Shown here: positions 58,437-64,000 of the stretch, one piece after another
How positions within the stretch are numbered: the stretch's first letter is position 1
How the letters are laid out: every line of letters starts with the position of its first letter
NCBI GenBank assembly: GCA_964580285.1
Contig: CAZOKB010000002.1
Location: 34,770 to 98,769, forward strand
DNA: 64,000 nt
Origin: an uncultured Bdellovibrionales bacterium
GTDB taxonomy: Bacteria > Patescibacteriota > Minisyncoccia > Moranbacterales > UBA1568
Direction of reading: 5' to 3'
The notes under the pieces: model-generated
The model's database searches: none
The model's input: only the letters and a program-made list of their open reading frames with translations
Told to the model about the DNA's origin: nothing
Program-made: the position numbers and the translations under genes

Positions 58437-59282
58437 ATGACCAAGATAAGTTTTGAGGTATATCCGCCGCGGACCGTTGATCCGGACGGTTTAAACAGTC
58501 TTTCTGATCTGGTACGCGTGCTTCGGTTAGCTCTCAATCCCGAGTTCGTTTCAGTGACTTGCGGCGCTGGTGGCTTTGGAAGCCTTGCCACTACGGAATC
58601 AGTGGATGCGATTCTTAAGATTTGTCCTGGCTTGCAAGTTGTACCGCACATGGTCTGTAATGGGCGCAGCGTGGCTGACATACGTAACCATTTGGATTAT
58701 TACATTGGCCAACGGGGACTCTCCAGGGTTCTCGCTCTGCGGGGCGACAATCCGTCTGGCGTATTGGGTTCGGGAGGGGAATTAGCTTACGCTATTCGTT
58801 TGGTGGAGCTCGTTCGTCAAACATATACCGACCTAGATATCGGTGCCGCCTGCTATCCGGAAAAGCACGTCCAAGCCGATAGTCTTCGCTCGGATCGCAC
58901 CTATTTTTATGAGAAGGTCCAAGCAGGAGTAAGTTATGCCATAACCCAGTACTTTTTTGGTCTTGACTCGTACTTCTGGTTCTTGGATGATTGTGGAAAA
59001 CTTGGCATCGACATCCAAATTCTTCCAGGGATTATGTTGTTTTCGGATTTCGAGAAGATGCGGCGGATGGCCAAGATACATGGTGTGGATATTCCGCGGT
59101 GGCTTTCCGCTCGCATGGAGGGATATGATCCGGAAGATCAGGCGAAGATTGCCTTGGATGTAGTCACGAACATGTGTCGTGTGCTTATCGATAGAGGTGT
59201 TCCTTACCTACATTTTTTCATCATGAACAATAAGAATCGAGTTCTGGATGTTTGTGGTCGGCTTGGGCTTACGAGGGAGTAG
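58437..59282 (+). CDS. metF: 5,10-methylenetetrahydrofolate reductase
   Basis: ISFEVYPPRT (MTHFR N-terminal signature SFEFFPP-like), TIM-barrel length ~280 aa; start set at MTKISFE. Confidence 0.85.
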   Translation: MTKISFEVYPPRTVDPDGLNSLSDLVRVLRLALNPEFVSVTCGAGGFGSLATTESVDAILKICPGLQVVPHMVCNGRSVADIRNHLDYYIGQRGLSRVLALRGDNPSGVLGSGGELAYAIRLVELVRQTYTDLDIGAACYPEKHVQADSLRSDRTYFYEKVQAGVSYAITQYFFGLDSYFWFLDDCGKLGIDIQILPGIMLFSDFEKMRRMAKIHGVDIPRWLSARMEGYDPEDQAKIALDVVTNMCRVLIDRGVPYLHFFIMNNKNRVLDVCGRLGLTRE

Positions 59283-59597
59283 GTTTTAGCGTCCGGATAA
59301 TTTATGGTCTTTCACCAAATGAGAAGTGATCCCCGATCCTTTCTTAGGCCGCATGGTATCGTCTAGCGGCTTTTTTCTTTTTCAAACAAACACAAGAAGA
59401 CCCTGTATTTCTTTCAGTGAAACAAGGGGATCAGGAAACGCCTCCTCCCAATCAAACGTTCGAGAGCTGTCTCGCCAAGCGAGCATAAGCGAAAATGCAT
59501 TCATTGAGGATGCGTTTTTTCTTTAGGAGGAATATACTTGAGAATAGGGGTTTCTTAGATACGGATGTCTGTAGATGTGTTTTTTTATGAAAATAAG

Positions 59598-60066
59598 ATG
59601 AGTAAAAATAATATTTTCAAACTGGTGATTTCAGTCGCTGTTTCCGAGTATCATCGGTTCGGTTTTTACCGCGCCATCAATCCCGGCGTGGTATGCGGGG
59701 ATCGTGAAGCCTGCGCTCAATCCGCCGGCATGGGTATTCGGTCCGGTCTGGACGACGCTATTCGCTCTGATGGGTATTGCGGCGTTTCTTATTTGGAAGA
59801 AAGGGCTAGATCGCAGGGATGTACAGATCGCTCTCGGCATATTTCTCGGTCAGCTGGTCCTGAATGCGTCCTGGTCAATCATCTTTTTCGGTCTGCATTC
59901 TCCGGGCGGCGCGCTTATCGAGATTATTTTCCTCTGGTTATCAATCTTCGCGACCATCATCGCTTTTGTTAGGGTCTCCAAATCAGCCGCTTGGTTGCTC
60001 GTACCGTATATTCTCTGGGTCAGCTTCGCTGCGTATCTCAACTATTTAATCTGGATTTTGAACTAA
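59598..60066 (+). pseudogene. tspO: TspO/MBR family tryptophan-rich sensory protein with apparent +1 frameshift near codon 16 (or sequencing error)
   Basis: frame A: MSKNNIFKLVISVAV (59598-59642); frame B: ...PSIIGSVFTAPSIPAWYAGIVKPALNPPAWVFGPVWTTLFALMG... (to 60066). Removing one T in gctgTTTccg restores a canonical TspO N-terminus. Confidence 0.6.
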
Positions 60067-60067
60067 G

Positions 60068-60583
60068 ATGTCCAGGCAAAAAAGAAAAATTATAACGGTT
60101 AGCGATAGAATGCAAGACGGATACCGATACGAGTTAACTGAGCCGGTTGGAAAAAATTTCGATCCATCATTCAGGCCGGAACTGACTCCGAAAGAGATGC
60201 TGGCACTTGGGGTTTTTGGCGGGAAATATATGACTGATTGCCGGGAAGAGTTTCCGTCTGATTGGTTCAAATACGCTAAATTCAATGCTGATTTTCACGA
60301 TCCGAAGCTGAATTTCTTCCGAGTCAGAGCTTCGCAGCCGCTTTCTGTTTGGAAAAAGAAAGGCTGGATATGGAAGGATGATCCGCGGGGCTGGTTCCAA
60401 TGGTACTGCCGCTACTATATGGGCCGCAGATGTCCGGATGATATGCGGCAGATAAAAAGATGGAGGGCTATTGTCCGACATATCGCGCAGGTAAAGAAGC
60501 ATTGCCGGAAGGAGAATCTGAATTGTCGTCCCCGCCAGCGCCAGATGCTTTTGCACTGGGCGTATGATTCCAGAAAAATGTAA
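60068..60583 (+). CDS. hypothetical cytoplasmic protein (Trp/Cys/Arg-rich)
   Basis: 171 aa, starts 2 nt after tspO stop; no motif assigned. Confidence 0.5.
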   Translation: MSRQKRKIITVSDRMQDGYRYELTEPVGKNFDPSFRPELTPKEMLALGVFGGKYMTDCREEFPSDWFKYAKFNADFHDPKLNFFRVRASQPLSVWKKKGWIWKDDPRGWFQWYCRYYMGRRCPDDMRQIKRWRAIVRHIAQVKKHCRKENLNCRPRQRQMLLHWAYDSRKM

Positions 60584-60678
60584 AAGCTCATTATTTTTTC
60601 TTGGTATGATAACGTAGTCAGCCGGCAGAGAGCAGCGAGTACCCCTATCTGATATTTTTGCTTTTTGTGTTCTCATCA

Positions 60679-60710
60679 AACAGCTTCGAACTTCTTCCAT
60701 GGCTCGGAGC
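60679..60710. repeat. 32-bp intergenic motif, copy B (AACAGCTTCGAACTTCTTCCATGGCTCGGAGC)
   Basis: 28/32 identical to copy A. Confidence 0.55.
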
Positions 60711-60852
60711 TTACTTACAAAAGAGCCGATCCATGCCTCTTTTGTTCGATTTCAGAGGCTCGAATGTTGCGGATGGATAAGTAGTGTAAAGTATACTTGA
60801 CATCGATAGTAGATAGAATACACTAAAGGTATGTAAAGTATATTTTACATAT

Positions 60853-61059
60853 ATGGGAGAGACTATCGAAAACAGAATAGATTTTTATCGCAAGAGAATA
60901 GGGGTGACGCAGGAGGCGCTCGCTCTCTCTGTCGGGGTGACGCGGCAGACTATTATCGCACTCGAAAAGGGAAATTACATTCCTTCGGTATTACTCGCGC
61001 TCAAAATCGCTCAATTTTTTAAGGAACCAGTAGAAAAAGTTTTTAAAGTAAAGCTATGA
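60853..61059 (+). CDS. XRE-family helix-turn-helix transcriptional regulator
   Basis: RIGVTQEALALSVGVTRQTIIALEKGNYIPSVLLALKIAQFF (HTH_XRE), 68 aa. Confidence 0.85.
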   Translation: MGETIENRIDFYRKRIGVTQEALALSVGVTRQTIIALEKGNYIPSVLLALKIAQFFKEPVEKVFKVKL

Positions 61060-61427
61060 AATTTTTTTCACAACTCTTTTCGGAGACAGTAGTCACGGGA
61101 GCGTTACTCGTTGTTCTCGTGTGGTTTATTAACCCATTCGATTTTTTGATGACGGATGTCTTTCACATGACTCTGCTCGGTCTCGTCGTAGCCTTTTTTG
61201 CGATCTTTGCGATGTTTTTGTGGAAGGAAAACGTTGAAGATGAACGAGAACGATTGCACCGTTTCATTGGTGCGCGGTTTGCTTATACGGTAGCCGGCAG
61301 TTTGCTTCTGATCGGGACAGTGGTGCAAGCCTTGTCTCATGATGTTGACCTGTGGCTTCCTGCTACCTTGGCGGCTATGGTGTTTGCCAAGATAGCTGGG
61401 CGCTGCTATGCCAGGCGACAGTATTAA
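61056..61427 (+). CDS. small membrane protein co-transcribed with XRE regulator
   Basis: ATGA overlap with regulator gene; 3 TM helices. Confidence 0.6.
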   Translation: MKFFSQLFSETVVTGALLVVLVWFINPFDFLMTDVFHMTLLGLVVAFFAIFAMFLWKENVEDERERLHRFIGARFAYTVAGSLLLIGTVVQALSHDVDLWLPATLAAMVFAKIAGRCYARRQY

Positions 61428-61461
61428 ATTTTAATTAATTTATTTTTTAATCTACAAACAT

Positions 61462-62040
61462 ATGGGAAAGATACTGGGGCTCGTGATCGGGGGGATTGTC
61501 ATTGTTGGAGGAGCGTGGTGGTTTTTGGACCGACCAGATGATGCATCCAAAATGATGCTAGAAAAAGATACCATGGTGCAAGAAGAAGAGAAGATGGCAC
61601 CTAAGAATGAGATGAAGGAATCGGATGCGCCTGTAGAAGACAAGATGATGGAGAAGACGGAAAGTACTACGATACCGGAGAAGAAAGTGAGTGAGACGGA
61701 TGGTGCGATGATGGCCAAGGGCGCATATGTGGAGTATGGTCCTAATGTCTTAGAGGGGAGTAAGGCTACCAAGCGAGTACTCTTCTTCTATGCGAGCTGG
61801 TGTCCGCTTTGTAAGCCAGCTGATGCTGAATTTCGTGACCGGATGAGTGAGATCCCAGAAGGCGTGACGGTGATTCGGGTGAATTATAATGACCCAAGTA
61901 CTGATCAGGCAGAAAAGGATTTGGCGGCGAAGTACGGTGTGACGTATCAGCATACTTTTGTTCAAATCGATGGCCAGGGCAATGTCGTTACCAAATGGAA
62001 TGGCGGTAAAATAGCGGAACTTCTTAAAAACATAAAATAG
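61462..62040 (+). CDS. membrane-anchored thioredoxin-like protein with Met/Glu/Lys-rich linker
   Basis: N-terminal TM, FFYASWCPLCK CxxC motif, thioredoxin-fold length C-terminal domain. Confidence 0.75.
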   Translation: MGKILGLVIGGIVIVGGAWWFLDRPDDASKMMLEKDTMVQEEEKMAPKNEMKESDAPVEDKMMEKTESTTIPEKKVSETDGAMMAKGAYVEYGPNVLEGSKATKRVLFFYASWCPLCKPADAEFRDRMSEIPEGVTVIRVNYNDPSTDQAEKDLAAKYGVTYQHTFVQIDGQGNVVTKWNGGKIAELLKNIK

Positions 62041-62041
62041 T

Positions 62042-63775
62042 ATGCTCTTACTCATCACCTTTGCTTTTTTGGCTGGTGTTGTCACGGTGCTTTCGCCCTG
62101 TATTCTTCCTATTCTCCCGCTCATTCTCTCGTCGAGTTTGGGCGGCGAGGATACTGGGCGGGCCCGGCCGCTGGGAGTGATCGTGGGGTTTGTGGCGAGT
62201 TTCACCTTGTTTACGTTGTTCCTCTCAACACTGGTCAATGTACTCGACATATCAGCTGATGCACTCCGTTTGTTTGCTGTGGTGGTCATCGGCGTGTTTG
62301 GAGTATCGCTCCTCGTGCCACAGTTTCAAATGTTCATGGAAAAGATGTTTTCACGACTCACCGGACTTGCACCTCACTCTACCGAGAGAAAGGGTTTCAG
62401 TTCCGGATTATTAGTCGGGTTTTCTTTGGGGCTTTTATGGACGCCGTGTGTCGGACCAATTCTTGCTTCGGTGATTTCCTTGGCCCTCACCGGCAGCGTG
62501 ACTTTGACAGCCTTTTTTATCACCCTTGCTTATGCTTTTGGTACAGCTATTCCTATGCTCCTTATCATGTGGGGTGGTCGGGAGCTTCTCAATCGTGTTC
62601 CATGGCTGCTTCGGAATACAGGGAACATTCAAAAAGGATTTGGAGTACTGATGATTCTTGTTGCTTTTGCTATTTACACCAATGCAGACCGAACCTTCCA
62701 AACCTATATAGTAAATACCTTTCCGCAATACGGGGTCGGCCTGACTCAGTTTGAGGATCAAGATTTCATTCAGAGAGAGCTTAATAAGCTTCGAGGTGAA
62801 GAGAAGGAGGGTACGGAAACAAAACCAGGAAAACTGATGTCTGATCTCTTGCCTAAGGGCCCTAAGGCTCCCGAGCTCATTTCAGGTGGTATTTGGATTA
62901 ACAGCGAACCGCTTTCACTGGAAGTGCTTAAGGGTAAGGTGGTGATTGTTGATTTTTGGACCTATTCTTGCATCAATTGTCAGCGCACCCTCCCTTACCT
63001 CAAGCAGTGGCATCAAAAATATGCGGACAAAGGCCTGGTGATTATCGGTGTGCATGCACCAGAATTTGAATTCGAGAAAAGCGAAAAGAATCTTCGGAAA
63101 GCCGTTGGAGATTTTGGCCTTACATATCCGATCATGCAGGACAATGACTTTGCTACTTGGCGTGCATACCAGAATCATTATTGGCCAGCTAAGTATTTCA
63201 TCGATAAAGACGGGGTAGTCCGCTATACTCACTTCGGTGAGGGAGCCTATGATGAAAGCGAGCGCGTGATCCAGCAATTGCTCGAAGAGGCTGGCGCTGA
63301 GTCAGTATCTCAAGCCATAGAGAATCCGACATATCAAAACTATGCACGAACTCCCGAAATATATCTAGGGTATGAACGTATAAAGAACTTCGCTTCGCCA
63401 GAACGAATTACCCGGAATCAAGCGGCTCTGTATACTGCGCCAACCCGTCTTCCAAGAAACGGGGTGGCATATTCTGGGGAGTGGAGCGTTATGGGCGAGT
63501 ATGCTCATCCGAAGAAGGGAGCAGTACTCGAAATGGACTTTGAAGCTAAAGAAGTGTTTCTGGTGATGAGACCAATGCTAGGAGAGGCTCAAATAAAGGT
63601 GCTCATAGATGGTAAAGAGCAGTCTCTCGGAGAGGATGTTGTTCAGGAAGGAAAGGTGGTGGTTGATTCAGACAAGCTGTATAAGCTTATACTTCTTGAA
63701 AATCCAGGACATCATCTTTTGAAGTTGGAATTTCTTGATGATAATGCAGAGCTTTACGCGTTTACTTTTGGATGA
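62042..63775 (+). CDS. DsbD/CcdA-type transmembrane electron-transfer domain fused to C-terminal thioredoxin/redoxin domain
   Basis: VLSPCILPILPL (DsbD_2 Cys-x-x-Pro TM motif), second TM Cys region, C-terminal VVIVDFWTYSCINCQRTLPYL (TlpA/redoxin CxxC). Confidence 0.8.
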   Translation: MLLLITFAFLAGVVTVLSPCILPILPLILSSSLGGEDTGRARPLGVIVGFVASFTLFTLFLSTLVNVLDISADALRLFAVVVIGVFGVSLLVPQFQMFMEKMFSRLTGLAPHSTERKGFSSGLLVGFSLGLLWTPCVGPILASVISLALTGSVTLTAFFITLAYAFGTAIPMLLIMWGGRELLNRVPWLLRNTGNIQKGFGVLMILVAFAIYTNADRTFQTYIVNTFPQYGVGLTQFEDQDFIQRELNKLRGEEKEGTETKPGKLMSDLLPKGPKAPELISGGIWINSEPLSLEVLKGKVVIVDFWTYSCINCQRTLPYLKQWHQKYADKGLVIIGVHAPEFEFEKSEKNLRKAVGDFGLTYPIMQDNDFATWRAYQNHYWPAKYFIDKDGVVRYTHFGEGAYDESERVIQQLLEEAGAESVSQAIENPTYQNYARTPEIYLGYERIKNFASPERITRNQAALYTAPTRLPRNGVAYSGEWSVMGEYAHPKKGAVLEMDFEAKEVFLVMRPMLGEAQIKVLIDGKEQSLGEDVVQEGKVVVDSDKLYKLILLENPGHHLLKLEFLDDNAELYAFTFG

Positions 63776-63798
63776 TTTTCCGATCTTTCTAGATAATA

Positions 63799-63830
63799 AA
63801 TAGGTTCGAACTTCTTCCATCGCTCTGAGA
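63799..63830. repeat. 32-bp intergenic motif, copy C (AATAGGTTCGAACTTCTTCCATCGCTCTGAGA)
   Basis: 27/32 identical to copy A, located between stop codon and a terminator hairpin. Confidence 0.55.
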
Positions 63831-63841
63831 ACTGAAATTTA

Positions 63842-63866
63842 AGGCTTTTCTAAGCCTCATTTTTTG
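63842..63866 (+). terminator. intrinsic terminator after dsbD-like fusion gene
   Basis: AGGCTT-ttct-AAGCCT hairpin followed by CATTTTTTG. Confidence 0.5.
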
Positions 63867-64000
63867 TACTACAAATAGGACGTTAGAACCTGTATAATGG
63901 AGTTCATGAGAAGCGTCATTCGAAACATTATAGAAGGTATTTCGCCATATGATTCTCTAGAGAAAGAACACATAGAGAATACTTTGAATTGGATTGATAG

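Noticed and set aside
58301-63830. tRNA genes suggested by GGTTCGAAC T-arm-like cores in the 32-bp motif copies
   Set aside because: No acceptor-stem or anticodon-arm complementarity is present around any copy. No other tRNA-like cloverleaf was apparent anywhere in the window.

Overview
This 64-kb window is dominated by one very large cell-envelope glycan biosynthesis region, coding on both strands. I called about 14 GT4 and 9 GT2 glycosyltransferases and three paralogous GT-C (GT39/ArnT-like) membrane glycosyltransferases. There are also two Wzy_C/O-antigen-ligase-like proteins, two MOP-type flippases, a GtrA protein and a UPF0104 flippase-like protein. An LCP-family ligase, two NDP-sugar dehydrogenases (Ugd and a WbpA/WecC-like enzyme), an AsnB-type amidotransferase and two SAM methyltransferases complete the set. 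The 3' end holds housekeeping genes: S41 C-terminal protease, groES, metF, TspO, an XRE regulator, and a thioredoxin/DsbD pair. Base composition is strikingly heterogeneous. Roughly 1-18,800 is about 33-38% GC, and the rest is about 50% GC. Two ~0.5-kb islets are about 65-68% GC. One (31.9-32.4 kb) encodes a signal-peptide protein; the other (48.9-49.4 kb) is ORF-free, highly palindromic and ends in an intrinsic terminator, so it is a candidate structured ncRNA. Other unusual points: (1) a CofD/YvcK(UPF0052)-family domain fused to a GT2, co-operonic with a nucleotidyltransferase, a HAD hydrolase and a methyltransferase. (2) A four-helix-bundle ('23S rRNA IVS protein' family) gene inside a 480-bp cassette bounded by a 15-bp perfect inverted repeat, with a related motif elsewhere. 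(3) A 32-bp intergenic motif present three times in the last 6 kb, one copy abutting a consensus sigma70-like promoter. (4) A 27-bp imperfect palindrome pair upstream of tmk. (5) A TspO gene with an apparent +1 frameshift. No rRNA, tRNA or CRISPR array was seen. Gene content (four-helix-bundle gene, multiple GT39 paralogs, compact overlapping operons) is compatible with an uncultivated, possibly CPR/Patescibacteria-like bacterium; that is inference only. All coordinates come from manual reading of the ORF track and sequence, with no database searches run.
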